Positions 1 to 13,006 are shown, numbered from the stretch's first letter. The stretch is 64,000 nt of DNA from Eledone cirrhosa (GCA_964016885.1 OZ024745.1:43958001-44022000), one strand, 5' to 3'. The notes: generated from the sequence alone by a model not told the origin. Numbers and translations are program-made.

Positions 1-1382
1 GTGTGTAGGGGAGTGGTGGAGAGACATATAGCGAAAAGGGGCTGGGAGGAAACGGTGCGAATGAAATTAAAAATAAAAGCATGATCAAAATAAAATTAAA
101 ATGGGGTAAAACAGGTGGTGGAAGGGTGTGGGGCGTGTAGGGGTGGTGGTGGATGAAGTGGGGAGAGGGAGACGGGGTGTCCGAGCGGGGAGGGCTGAAG
201 GTGGTGAGTGTGTTTAGGTGTATGTGAAAGCAAGGGTTGGGGGAAGAACGGGGTTGCATGTTCAGGAAGAGGTGTGTGTGGGGTGGGGTGTAGGTCGGAG
301 TGCGTGTGCGTGTGTGGATAGAGGGGTGGGGGGGAGAGGAATCCGGAGGCTGAATGTGTAAATATGTGGTGGAACGCACGTGTGTGTGGGGTTTAAGGGT
401 GTTGTGGGTGTGGGTGGCGTGTGGGAAAACATTTTTTTGGGGGCTGTGTGTGTGGATGAGTCAAAAAGGTGATTCCGTAAGGAGATGTTGTGGAATGGTT
501 GGTAAAATCCTAGGATGGTAGTGATTCCACGGTCAAGGTCCACATACGAGTAATCCGTGAAGAGATGGTCGGAAGAGGGGAGATGTGGGGTGCGCGCGCA
601 ACAGGAAGTGGTCAAGGCAGTAGGAGTGCTGTGTGTCTGTGTGTGGTGGGAGGTGGTCAGAGGGCATAGCAGCAGTAGGGTGGAATGGTAAAGGGGCGAG
701 GATGGGTAGGTGTGAAAGTTGGAGTGAGGAGGGGGTGTGTGTGTATTAGTAGAGGTGTTAGTGGGATGAGTGAGTGTTTGAGAAAGGGTGTGGGTGGAGC
801 GGGGAGAGAAGAGTGTGGGGGTCGATGGAGTGAGTGTGGTGTACTGGTGTGTGTGTGTAGTTTGATGAAGGGGGTGTTAGTGGGTGTTAGTATACGGGAG
901 GTGGAGAAAGGGTTGAATGCGGGTGTGAGCGAGGGTTAGTGGTGGTAGGGTGTGTAGAGTTGGTGGTGTAAGAGGGTGTGTGTGTACGTGTGCGTGGGGT
1001 TGGGGGGTGTTAGTGATGTTAGTTGCGTGTAGGGTGGGTGGTGTAAGTGGGTGCGTGTGTTCGTGTGCTTGGGGTCAGGGGGTGTTAGTGATGTTAGTTG
1101 CGGGGTGGTTGGTGGATGTGTGGGGGTGAGGGTTAGTGGTGGTAGTAGGGTGTGTGTTTAGTGTGAGCGCGTGTATATATGTGCCGGTGGGTGTGTGCGT
1201 GTGATAAGGAGGGGGGAGGAGAAGAAGGGAGGGATGTTAGTATGTTAGTTGGGGAAGGGTGGTCGGATGAGGGGTGGAGTGGAGGTGTTAGTATTGTTAG
1301 TTGTGGGGTGGGCGGTGAAAAGGAGGGGTGTGTTAGTGGTGTTAGTGGGGGATATGTGTGGGGGGAGGGGGGCGGTCGAAGG
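1..1382 (-). other. G/T-rich low-complexity 3' region, probably the UTR or pseudo-LTR of the Neptune-like PLE
   Basis: Contiguous with the PLE stop codon and has the same extreme strand skew (C/A-rich on the minus strand). The ORFs here are compositional artefacts. Confidence 0.6.
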
Positions 1383-3129
1383 CTAAAGGAATAAGGGTGG
1401 GGAGTTCAGGCCGGGGGGAGTGTGGGTCTGTAAGATGAAGATGGTTCTTTGTTCAACTCTGAGGAGATTGGCGGGTGTTCCGTGGCACTGGAGTAGGCCA
1501 CAGACTGTGAGATGGCGTGCGGAATGTCCAGGGGCACCAAAGTGGCGGGCGATGGGGGAACTACCACCGAGACGAATATCCCGGAGGTGCTCAGTGAATC
1601 TGTCCGCCAGGCAACGTCCCGTAGTGAATCTGTCCGCCAGGCGAAGTCCGTAGACTAGGTTGGAGGAGGTGCAGCGGAAGGCATGCCGGACAGAGAGAGA
1701 GTGGCCGTTGGGACCCTGGAAGGTGGTAGTGTTGGTGATATGGGGACAGGTGTTGCAGCGGGGCCTAGAACAGGGAAAGGAACCGGGGGGATGGGGGGGG
1801 GCTGTGAACGAGGAGGGTGCGGAGATTGCGTGCGCGTTTGAAGGAGGGAAGTGGTGGGGTTGGGAAGATGTGGGAGGTGGAGGGGTCGGACTGGAGGCGT
1901 CGCAAGAGGCGGCGGATGGTGCGGTGGAGGGGTAAGGTGGAGGGGTGGTAGGTGATGGGGAAGGGGAGACGGTGGGTGGGTCTGCGGTGGCGTGGGGTGA
2001 GGGTGGTGGAGCGGTGGACAGCACGGGCACGGGTGAGAGCGGTGTGGACGAGAGGGGGGGGACCTCTGCGGATGAAATGGCTGACTAGGGAAAGGGCCTG
2101 GGACTCGAAGTCAGCATCTCGGCTACAGAGGCGGCGGATCCTGAGGAGTTGGGAGTAGGGAATAGAGTGTTTAGTGTGTGGGGGGTGGGAAGAGGTGAAG
2201 TCGAGGTAAGAGTGGGAGTCGGTGTGTTTGAAGAAGTTGGAGGTGACGAGGGAGTGGTGGGAGGGGTCGAAGGCGACGGAGATGTCTAAGAAGTGGACGT
2301 GGGTGGTGGAGATAGAGGTGGTGAAGTGGAGGGAGGGGTGGAAGGAGCAGAAGAAGGAGAGAAAGGAGTCGAGCTGTTCTCGGGTGAGGGTCGTGGCTCC
2401 GATACAGTCGTCGATGTAACGACCGTACAGTTCGGGCGTGGGGCCGGTGTACTGGGCAAAGATTTGGGCCTCAACATGGCCAACAAAAAGGTTGGCATAG
2501 TTCGGGCCCATTCTTGTACCCATGGCTACCCCCGTGACCTGTTGGTAAAACTCACCCGAGAAGGAGAAACAATTGAGGGTGAGGACCAGCTCGGCGAGGC
2601 GAGGGAGGGTGGGGGTGGAGGGAATGGGGGAGGGGCGAAGGTCGAGGTAGTGTTTGAGGGCGCGTAGGCCGTCGGCGTGGGGGATGACGGTATAGAGGGA
2701 CTTGATGTCTAGGGTGAAGAGGAAGGGCTGTGGGCCGGGTGGGTAGGTGAAGGAGTCGAAAAGGCGCAGGGCGTGGTTGGTGTCGGAGATGTGGGAGGGG
2801 AGGGTGGTGACAGGGGGGGGGGGGGGCGAGGATGGAGTCGAGAAAGGCGAAGATGAGTTCGGTGGGGCAGTTGCAAGCGGAGACGATGGGGCGGCCGGGG
2901 TTGTCGGGTTTGTGGAGTTTGGGGAGGAAGTAGATGGTGGGGGTGCGGGTGGTGCGGACGATGAGGTGAGAAGCGGTGGGGGGAGGGAGGAGGAGACAAG
3001 GTGTTGGATGGTGGAGGAAACTTGTTGTCGGTAGAGGGGTGTGGAATCGGAGGGTAGAAGGCGGTAGAAGAGGGGGTTACGGAGCTGCCTGAGGGCTTCG
3101 GCCGTGTAGAGGTCCGCGCGCCACCCACC
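1383..3129 (-). mobile_element. Penelope-like retroelement (Neptune-like), RT plus GIY-YIG ORF, frameshifted and 5'-truncated
   Basis: Joined minus frames give YFLPKLHKPDNPGRPIVS, FTLDIKSLYTVIP, GVAMGTRMGPNYANLF, YGRYIDD, FLDI and YLDFTSSHP. They also give a CxxxxCxxC linker (CSRPRCNTC) and a GIY-YIG remnant (NLVY...GRCLADRFTEH). The frameshifts lie in C-runs. Confidence 0.93.
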
Positions 3130-3204
3130 ATATATATATATATATATATATATGGAAAGTTATATTTAAAATTGTTGGGTTACAACTAGTAAATATTTAT
3201 AACT

Positions 3205-4675
3205 GGTATAATAATAATAGGTTTATTCAACTTGATATAGCTAACTATTATTCTTCTATTACCCCTAGTCTACTAAATAAGGCACTAAATTACGCATTCA
3301 AACATACCGACCTAACTAGCAAAGAAATGCATATTATATTATCGGCTAGGAAAACTTTGATAGAATTTAATGACAAATTATGGACCAGAGCAGATAAAGA
3401 TAGCAATTTTGACATAACTATGGGATCTTCCGACTCAGCTCAGGTAACTGACCTTGTGGGCTTATTTTTAATCAATTCGCTACATAGGAAAATACCTGGT
3501 ACTACCGGAGGTTTATATAGGGATGACATGCTTTTACTTATTAATAATAATAACCCTGAACTAAATAGAAAATGTAAACAAATTACAAAATTTTTTAATT
3601 ACTTTAACCTTAAAATAGAAATTGAGAACAACCATAGAATAGTCAATTTCCTAGATATAACATTAAATCTCAACACATGTCTCCACTATCCTTTTCACAA
3701 GTTGAATGAAAACTTAAACTATGTCAACTTTAACTCTAACCACCCCAGATCTGTCAAAAACACTATAGTAAACTCAGTTCAAAAACGTATCTCTAGGATC
3801 TCGTCGAATAGATTGATTTTCGACGAAAAGGCCCAATACTATAATGAAGCACTAGCTAGGGCAGGATATGCTGATAAGATTGTGTACATAGATAATGATA
3901 GACAAACTAAACAAAGTAACAACTTTTTTAATTACGGCAACAACATTAACAACTATAATAGAAAGCATTACAATAATTCCAAAGGACAAAAAAGAAATAG
4001 AACTAGGAACATAATTTGGTTTGCCCCCCTTTCTCACTAAACATTAAAACCCACATCGCTAAATTATTTTTCAAAGCTCTTGATAATCGCTTCCCTAGAA
4101 CACATAGGTATCACTCAATTTTCAATAGGCATACAATTAAATTAACCTACTCATCCACCAAAAATTTAGCACAAAATATTAATAGAAAAAATAATAGGAA
4201 CTTAAAACCTACTGATAATAGCATAAATAATATACAAGCTAACAAATGTAACTGTAGAGATAGATCTAAATGTCCGTTAAATAACAACTGCTTAGTTAAA
4301 AATATAGTATACAATTGTAATGTTAATACTGACTCTAATTCTTTTAACTACGTCGGTTCCACATCGACGGAATTTAAACTTCGCTATAATAACCACAAGA
4401 ATTCTTTCACAGATCCAAATAAAAAATCTTCAATGGCACTATCAGGCGTACTCTGGCAACTTAAGCTAGATAACGTTAGATAGTCGACGGCTTGGAATAT
4501 AGTCTCAAGAGGGATTCCTTTTAATTCATCCTCTGAAACATGTGACCTCTGCGCAGAGGAGATATTCTTTATACTAAAATCTAAAAATTCCCTTAACCTA
4601 CGGACAAATTTATTCAGTTGTTGCAAACATAGATTAAACTCAACGTTTAAATATAAATTTAAATTTAAAATGTAG
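3205..4675 (+). mobile_element. Penelope-like retroelement (Naiad-like), RT plus GIY-YIG, 5'-truncated, one frameshift and one premature stop
   Basis: Motifs FIQLDIANYYSSI, FDITMGS, GLYRDD, FLDITL, NSNHP, RNIIWF(A)PPFS, CNCRDRSKCPL, NIVY...YVGST...FKLRYNNH and C-terminal CDLCAEE...CCKH. Frameshift near 4030, TAG at 4481-4483, natural stop at 4673-4675. Confidence 0.92.
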
Positions 4676-6231
4676 TATATTTAGTTTGATTTATATTTAT
4701 ATGGGAAACTAGCCGATAAATTTTTGATTCCTAAATCTTTGATTCCTTCTTTTTACTCTCTTTTTATTGTTTATTTTTATTTTATTTTTATCTAAACATT
4801 CCTCATGAAAAATTAAGCTACCCTAAAAGCTGATGCTCCAAATTTTTGAATAAACCTTACACTAGATAAACTTCTATATTAAATATAGGAACATATATAG
4901 ACCTAATTGGACATCATAATCTTTTGAAATGATCTTTGCTAGATGTGATTTGATGGATAATTTTTTGGCTTTGTCTTGTAAAGAACTTGGCAATATATTG
5001 TCAATTAACTTTGAAGGGTTGATCTTTGTGGTGTATTTTTATTTTTATTTTTATTTTTATTTTTATTTTTATTTTTATTTTTATTATTGTAGTATTCTAT
5101 AATATTTTCTATAATATTTTTTATTTTTTTTTTTTATTTTTATTTTTATTTTTATTTTTTTTTTTATTTTTTTTTTTTTTTTTTTGTATTTTTAATATGT
5201 AAATTTTTAATACGTAATATTTTTTAATACGTAGTATGCTTAATATATAATATTTTTATTATGTAATATTCTTTCGTAATATTTTTATTTTTTAATTTTT
5301 TTTTTTTTTTTTTAGTGTTCTATTCTATATTTTTACTTATTATTATTATTGTTATCTTTTTATTTTTAGTTTTGTTTATGATATATATTTTTATTAGTAT
5401 ATTGAAATCTGCTCTCTACTTCTGCTTGATAGATAATCTGGTAGAGTAATGACATGAATAATAATACACATATTTGTATGCTCAAATTTTTATACCACAT
5501 TGAGAACGTTTTCCGTGAACTTAGAGTTTGCAGAGTGAATCAGTTAGATTCGCATGGATGTTTGTAGCTGTCACATAAACATATGAATTTTTTTTAAAAC
5601 TAAACATAAGATAATTAATTTTCACACATTATAGATACTTGTCTCATTCAGGAATACTGATATTTACAATATAGTGTAAGTTTTATATAAATATTAATAC
5701 ATTAAAACATAGGGTTTTTACGCCTCGAATATATCTGGCTATTTTTTTAATTTTTTTCTCTCGCTATTTTTTCCTCTCTCTATATTTTTTTCCTCTCCTC
5801 CTCTCTCTATATATTTTTTTCTCTATATATATATATCTCCCTTACATTAATACTTGAGCTAAATAAATAAATAAATAAATAAACGTATCATTGATACATT
5901 TACTCAAAATGACCTCCCACTACCTAATTTTCTATATATATATATGTATCTATCTCTATTTCCTCTCTCTATATATATATATATATCTCTTTCTGTTTCT
6001 TTACATGAAGTTCTTCGCTTTATCTATCTTTCCATCTCTCTATTTTGTTCCATGCATTTCCTCTTTCTCTTCTTTTTCTTCCTTTTCTTCGTTTTCTGTC
6101 TTTCTTTCTGTTTTCTCTCTTTTTCTTTCTCTCTGTGTAAAATTTTTTCACAGCCAGAGTAAACCTCTTCAAATGAAGTCGGTGTTATAACGGTATGTCG
6201 AACCTATTTGTCTATAAAACTGTTTATATTG

Positions 6232-6297
6232 TATTTTGTCTGATGAAGGCATAGCATATTGTTAATATGATATCCCCGAAATATATATAATGAAATA
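6232..6297 (+). ncRNA. Type I hammerhead ribozyme (PLE pseudo-LTR type)
   Basis: tattttgt-CTGATGA-stem II (catatt/aatatg hairpin)-GAAA-tatata-TA-atgaaata. Lies at the end of the AT-rich region downstream of the Naiad-like ORF, just before (TA)n. Confidence 0.8.
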
Positions 6298-6335
6298 AAT
6301 ATGGTTTTATAAATATAGTTTTCCATTTATTTAAT

Positions 6336-6547
<212 letters not shown>

Positions 6548-6590
6548 ATAAGAAACGGAGAATCAGTGGTGCGACGAATTAAAATTTATT

Positions 6591-6687
6591 AGACATATTA
6601 CAATCGTTTCTCTGCCGACCAGCTCGAGGCACGATCGATGCAATGATCGAACCTGTCTCTGAAATCGCAAGATCCTCAGATACGTCT
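6591..6687 (-). ncRNA. Type I hammerhead ribozyme with extended stem II
   Basis: Minus strand reads agacgtat-CTGAGGA-tct..(62 nt)..aga-GAAA-cgattg-TA-atatgtct. The module 6545-6714 is sandwiched between two (TA)n tracts. Confidence 0.75.
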
Positions 6688-6712
6688 CGATTCTTCGAAG
6701 CAGAGTTTTCAC

Positions 6713-6830
<118 letters not shown>

Positions 6831-6970
6831 AACAATGAGTTATATGGTTTGTTGATTATTCAATAAAGTTAATTTTACAACAGATTAGAAGCACTCAACA
6901 TATTTTATCTGGAGTATCATTAATATTAATAATATTAATAAATGGAAAATATCTTATAAAACACCATATT

Positions 6971-7030
6971 TATTTATTATACGTATTTCAAGGGTACTAA
7001 TATTTAAGTACGCTTTCGTCAGATAAAATA
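6971..7030 (-). ncRNA. Type I hammerhead ribozyme, left arm of an inverted repeat
   Basis: Minus strand reads tattttat-CTGACGA-aagcgtact..agtaccctt-GAAA-tacgta-TA-ataaata. Confidence 0.82.
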
Positions 7031-7160
7031 TAATTATTAGTATTAAGATAGTGACATATCTTCATGTGAACTTAATGGTATAAGTCTCCTGGTATAAGTC
7101 ACTGGACTTATACCATTAAGTTCACATGAAGATATGTCACTATCTTAATACCAATTATTA

Positions 7161-7221
7161 TATTTTATCTGCCGAAAGCGTACTTAAATATTAGTACCCT
7201 TGAAATACGGATAATAAAATA
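7161..7221 (+). ncRNA. Hammerhead ribozyme copy with core mutation, right arm of the inverted repeat
   Basis: tattttat-CTGCCGA-..-GAAA-tacgga-TA-ataaaata. It is the mirror image of 6971-7030. Confidence 0.65.
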
Positions 7222-7439
7222 AATATGGTTTTATAAAGATATTTTCCATTTATTAATATTATTAATATTATATTATATAAATATATATTGACTAGTTTGT
7301 GCAGCCGCTGAGAGACCGACATCCGTTTAATGAGTTCAGACCGCAAAATTGCCTAAGAACATGTGATTGGCGGTACTGATAGCAAATCACGAGTCTCCTG
7401 CAGAATTGCAGAGAAGAGCGCCCCTACTAGAGGGGATAC

Positions 7440-7600
7440 TTTCGTCTTGTCAGACGGTGATTTTTCTGGTTTTCGTTCACTTCGTGTGAGACCCATTTCT
7501 CAAGCTTTTTCGACTTATCAATTCGGTTCAAACGTTCAGAAATTGTTTCAATTTTACATCTATCACTCCTGCAATCTCTCGGACAGTTGTGCGAGGATTT
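7440..7600 (-). mobile_element. mariner transposase fragment
   Basis: ETISERLNRIDKSKKLEKWVSHEVNENQKNHR resembles the mariner WVPHEL region. Confidence 0.7.
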
Positions 7601-7646
7601 GAATATATTATATATCATATGTATGTATTATTTCCTTGTACTGGTT

Positions 7647-10106
7647 TTAGTCATTAGACTCCAGCCTTCAATAGTTTGGTTATAAGGTAGCTAACAGTTC
7701 CTTTAGTCATTAGACCCCAACCTTCAATAGTTTGGTTATAAGATAGCTAACAGTTCCTTTAGTCATTAGACTCCAACCTTCAATAGTTTGGTTATAAGAT
7801 AGCTAACAGTTCCTTTAGTCATTAGACCCCAACCTTCAATAGTTTGGTTATAAGGTAGCTAACAGTTCCTTTAGTCATTAGACTCCAACCTTCAATAGTT
7901 TGGTTATAAGATAGCTAACAGTTCCTTTAGTCATTAGACTCCAACCTTCAATAGTTTGGTTATAAGATAGCTAACAGTTCCTTTAGTCATTAGACTCCAA
8001 CCTTCAATAGTTTGGTTATAAGATAGCTAACAGTTCCTTTAGTCATTAGACTCCAACCTTCAATAGTTTGGTTATAAGATAGCTAACAGTTCCTTTAGTC
8101 ATTAGACTCCAACCTTCAATAGTTTGGTTATAAGATAGCTAACAGTTCCTTTAGTCATTAGACTCCAACCTTCAATAGTTTGGTTATAAGATAGCTAACA
8201 GTTCCTTTAGTCATTAGACTCCAACCTTCAATAGTTTGGTTATAAGATAGCTAACAGTTCCTTTAGTCATTAGACTCCAACCTTCAATAGTTTGGTTATA
8301 AGATAGCTAACAGTTCCTTTAGTCATTAGACTCCAACCTTCAATAGTTTGGTTATAAGATAGCTAACAGTTCCTTTAGTCATTAGACTCCAACCTTCAAT
8401 AGTTTGGTTATAAGATAGCTAACAGTTCCTTTAGTCATTAGACTCCAACCTTCAATAGTTTGGTTATAAGATAGCTAACAGTTCCTTTAGTCATTAGACT
8501 CCAACCTTCAATAGTTTGGTTATAAGATAGCTAACAGTTCCTTTAGTCATTAGACTCCAGCCTTCAATAGTTTGGTTATAAGGTAGCTAACAGTTCCTTT
8601 AGTCATTAGACTCCAACCTTCAATAGTTTGGTTATAAGATAGCTAACAGTTCCTTTAGTCATTAGACTCCAACCTTCAATAGTTTGGTTATAAGATAGCT
8701 AACAGTTCCTTTAGTCATTAGACTCCAACCTTCAATAGTTTGGTTATAAGATAGCTAACAGTTCCTTTAGTCATTAGACTCCAACCTTCAATAGTTTGGT
8801 TATAAGATAGCTAACAGTTCCTTTAGTCATTAGACTCCAGCCTTCAATAGTTTGGTTATAAGATAGCTAACAGTTCCTTTAGTCATTAGACCCCAACCTT
8901 CAATAGTTTGGTTATAAGATAGCTAACAGTTCCTTTAGTCATTAGACTCCAACCTTCAATAGTTTGGTTATAAGGTAGCTAACAGTTCCTTTAGTCATTA
9001 GACTCCAACCTTCAATAGTTTGGTTATAAGATAGCTAACAGTTCCTTTAGTCATTAGACTCCAACCTTCAATAGTTTGGTTATAAGATAGCTAACAGTTC
9101 CTTTAGTCATTAGACTCCAACCTTCAATAGTTTGGTTATAAGATAGCTAACAGTTCCTTTAGTCATTAGACTCCAACCTTCAATAGTTTGGTTATAAGAT
9201 AGCTAACAGTTCCTTTAGTCATTAGACTCCAACCTTCAATAGTTTGGTTATAAGATAGCTAACAGTTCCTTTAGTCATTAGACCCCAACCTTCAATAGTT
9301 TGGTTATAAGATATCTAACAGTTCCTTTAGTCATTAGACTCCAACCTTCAATAGTTTGGTTATAAGATAGCTAACAGTTCCTTTAGTCATTAGACTCCAA
9401 CCTTCAATAGTTTGGTTATAAGATAGCTAACAGTTCCTTTAGTCATTAGACTCCAACCTTCAATAGTTTGGTTATAAGATAGCTAACAGTTCCTTTAGTC
9501 ATTAGACCCCAACCTTCAATAGTTTGGTTATAAGATAGCTAACAGTTCCTTTAGTCATTAGACTCCAACCTTCAATAGTTTGGTTATAAGGTAGCTAACA
9601 GTTCCTTTAGTCATTAGACTCCAACCTTCAATAGTTTGGTTATAAGATAGCTAACAGTTCCTTTAGTCATTAGACTCCAACCTTCAATAGTTTGGTTATA
9701 AGATAGCTAACAGTTCCTTTAGTCATTAGACTCCAACCTTCAATAGTTTGGTTATAAGATAGCTAACAGTTCCTTTAGTCATTAGACTCCAACCTTCAAT
9801 AGTTTGGTTATAAGATAGCTAACAGTTCCTTTAGTCATTAGACTCCAACCTTCAATAGTTTGGTTATAAGATAGCTAACAGTTCCTTTAGTCATTAGACT
9901 CCAACCTTCAATAGTTTGGTTATAAGATAGCTAACAGTTCCTTTAGTCATTAGACTCCAACCTTCAATAGTTTGGTTATAAGATAGCTAACAGTTCCTTT
10001 AGTCATTAGACTCCAACCTTCAATAGTTTGGTTATAAGATAGCTAACAGTTCCTTTAGTCATTAGACTCCAACCTTCAATAGTTTGGTTATAAGATAGCT
10101 AACAGC
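7647..10106. repeat. Tandem array, 56-bp unit, about 44 copies
   Basis: Unit ttagtcattagactccaaccttcaatagtttggttataagatagctaacagttcct, nearly invariant. Confidence 0.97.
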
Positions 10107-10600
10107 TCCTAATCCTGCTGCCAGTCGTATATCACTTTTTACTTAAGTACCACATGCAAAGCAAACACTCTTGTATATTGTAGATAGATGCAATAAATTA
10201 CAAGAAAGTCAATAGGAAATTTCCAGAAGTATTTGTGGCATCTAATAACCGAATTAACCTAACTGTACCGAATTGCTTTTCACTGTTCTAGCAAAACACA
10301 TGTAATTACGGTGGAACTTCAACTTGGTTGCTCGACAAGCTAGAAATGCCAGTCAAATCTCCTTCAAATCACATCCTCCTGTCTTTAAAAGAAGCGATAC
10401 ATTGAATAATGTCCTAGATACAATATATCTGCAATTAAGACTGGATGGTCAAGTCTGGAAAGCCTTTGACCATATTTCTGCTTGATGAAGACTAATTAAC
10501 AAAAATAATAACTGTATGGATACCTCATAGGTAGGTTTACAAAAGATATCAATACTTCTTTGTAAAACATTGAGTCTAAATATTCCCAGATACTCTAAAC

Positions 10601-10928
10601 CAGGGGTTCTCAACCTGGTCCATGTGGACCACGTGAAAATTCAGGTGGTCCACAGAAAATTTTCAATAGAAAATTCTTTTTTGATCCATGCATTTGACTT
10701 AAAGCGCTGTTCTTATTCTTCGCATAAGTACGACTTCAGCTGTTTATTTGCGTAGATTTTTAGGCACTGCGACATGATAATAGCATTTTCTAATTCATTG
10801 AAAAAAAAACATCTACTGATGCTTATAAGTAGCAGTTCTATTACAAAAGATTTAAAAGTTTAGGTGGTCCACAGGAAAAAATTACTTATTTTGGTGGTCC
10901 ACAGCGAAAAAAAGGTCGAGAACCCCTG
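10601..10928. mobile_element. Non-autonomous hAT (Charlie-like) MITE
   Basis: TIRs caggggttctcaacct / aggtcgagaacccctg and a perfect 8-bp TSD ctctaaac. Confidence 0.92.
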
Positions 10929-11109
10929 CTCTAAACCACGCATTTTAACCTAGAAAATAACATTTACAAGCCAACGAAGTAGTCGTTCGAAATCCAATAA
11001 ATGCTGGAGTTCGTGGATAGGTTTGAATAATAAATAACTTGCAATTATTTATCTAACACATTTATTCAATATACAAAATCTCTCAATGTCGGGAAAGGCT
11101 AGTGACATT

Positions 11110-11360
11110 ATATAAAATTAATTGATAAGTATCGAAAACAAAACACTATTAAAGGGAAAAGGAAGAAGAAAAAAATAAGGAGAAAATGAAAGAAGGATCA
11201 AGCAATGAAAGAAAGGGAGGGGGGAACAGACACTGCACCCCACTCTGAGCAGTACCTCAAATGCGTTACAGCGGAGAATGGCCAGAGACATCCGCTGCAA
11301 CAGCTACCACCCCACCTCATGGGGCTCCTTCCTTAAGTGGGCCACCGTCTTTCCGACAAG
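11110..11360 (-). mobile_element. CRE-clade non-LTR retrotransposon 3' fragment
   Basis: HLRKEPHEVGW*LLQRMSLAILRCNAFEVL matches the QR.S.AI.RGNA C-terminus of CRE elements. The 3' UTR resembles 49140-49240. Confidence 0.7.
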
Positions 11361-11382
11361 GCATTTCTTCTTGAAAACGATA

Positions 11383-11476
11383 AACATATCTGAGGACCTT
11401 GCGAATGCAGAGTCAGGTTCGATCTATAACAGATCCTGCCTTGAGCTGATTGTCGGAGAAACATATGTAATATGTT
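11383..11476 (+). ncRNA. Type I hammerhead ribozyme with extended stem II
   Basis: aacatat-CTGAGGA-(61 nt)-GAAA-catatg-TA-atatgtt. Homologous to 6591-6687 and ends in (TA)n. Confidence 0.78.
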
Positions 11477-11892
11477 AATAAATTGTGTTTTGATGCATCA
11501 CTGATTCCTCGTTATCTATAATATATATATATAGGAGATGAATAAATTGGGTATAATACCAGTTTCTTACCAAACGCGAAGAAGCTCGATATATTAACAC
11601 CTTAGGAAAGAGAACAGAGCTTCATTTTTTAAAAAATTATATTTATATACAGTGACGGTGGAACAACGGGGAGCGGGCATGCCCCTCCAATAATTATATT
11701 TTCTTCCCAAACTACCAAAACACATATCTATTTGGCTATGCGCTACAATTTATGTACATGTTATGTTTATCGCATATCGAAGTTTTCTGACCATTTAAAG
11801 TGTGCAAAGAGTTAAACTAATCACTACAACTAAATTGTCCAAATTTTCCCCCACCCCACCCCAATTCAGAAATGCTCCCCCCCCCCCATGTC

Positions 11893-11942
<50 letters not shown>

Positions 11943-11975
11943 AAGAAATTAAAAGATGGTTAAAAAGGTTCCATA

Positions 11976-12046
11976 TATTTTATTATGCGCATTTCAAAAA
12001 CAAATATCATCCTGGGACGATAGTTGCGTTCTCATCAGATAAAATA
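11976..12046 (-). ncRNA. Type I hammerhead ribozyme
   Basis: Minus strand reads tattttat-CTGATGA-gaac..gttttt-GAAA-tgcgca-TA-ataaaata, with a perfect 8-bp stem I and a palindromic stem III. Confidence 0.85.
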
Positions 12047-12265
12047 AGGTAACATGATATGATGCCTAAAAAAACACTTGTGAACAAGAAAGTGTCCAGT
12101 CAACATATTATCTGATATATGCATAGTTTTATTGTTCTACAATAACACTCACCTCCTTCATATATATGTATATATATATATATTGTTATACTTTGGGAGG
12201 GTCATGTTGCCAATAAGAAACACACGCTTTCAGATAAAAAATCTTGCTAAACAAATTCAGAAACG

Positions 12266-12314
<49 letters not shown>

Positions 12315-12854
12315 AAGAGTGAAGAGTAACATGGTCAACAGTACAAAAAGGGTTTAGTTGCAGTATTAACAATTGCTAAAACTATCCACAATACGGAGTA
12401 TTCACAACCTCTAACTGGATTACCTATAACGATAATTTGTTATCCCATATAGATATATAGATATATACTTTAACTTGAATTGCGATTTGTCAGGCAAGTG
12501 TATAGGGTGTGGTGTTATGGACGTTCTCTGCTCTTTTGTCTGATTACGTTCCTAATATTATGTTTATATATTTGTAAATACATATTGCCTTGAGTCACTT
12601 AACTACCTGTAACATATATAGCATGTATCAGTGTAAATGCTGGTGTAGTTAGTTAAATATAGGTTGATATAAAGAAGCCCATCTAGATTTTGAAGAAGAG
12701 AAACTTTGTACCAGAATAACTAGAAAATTATAATTATTTATTTATTTATTAAGCTACGTAAAGTATTTGTCTATCTGTGTTTCTATCTAATGTACCCTGT
12801 TATTTTACCTTTTATAAATCAAAACAGTTCATTTCTCGTAATATTGTCGTCAAA

Positions 12855-12908
12855 GTAGTAGTAGTAGAAGTAGTAGTTGTGGTGGTAGTAGTGGTGGTGG
12901 TGGAGGTG

Positions 12909-12940
<32 letters not shown>

Positions 12941-12952
12941 GGTGGTGGTGGA

Positions 12953-13006
<54 letters not shown>

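Noticed and set aside
262-1394. Short ORFs in the G/T-rich region and antisense to the PLE
   Set aside because: Compositional artefacts with no recognisable motifs.
3205-4675. Selenoprotein-type Naiad (in-frame UGA)
   Set aside because: The only in-frame interruption is TAG at 4481, and the Cys motifs use TGT/TGC.
7647-10106. CRISPR-like regular repeats (also 27624-29192, 55300-57120 and 62600-64000)
   Set aside because: The units are head-to-tail with no unique spacers, there are no cas genes, and the context is eukaryotic.
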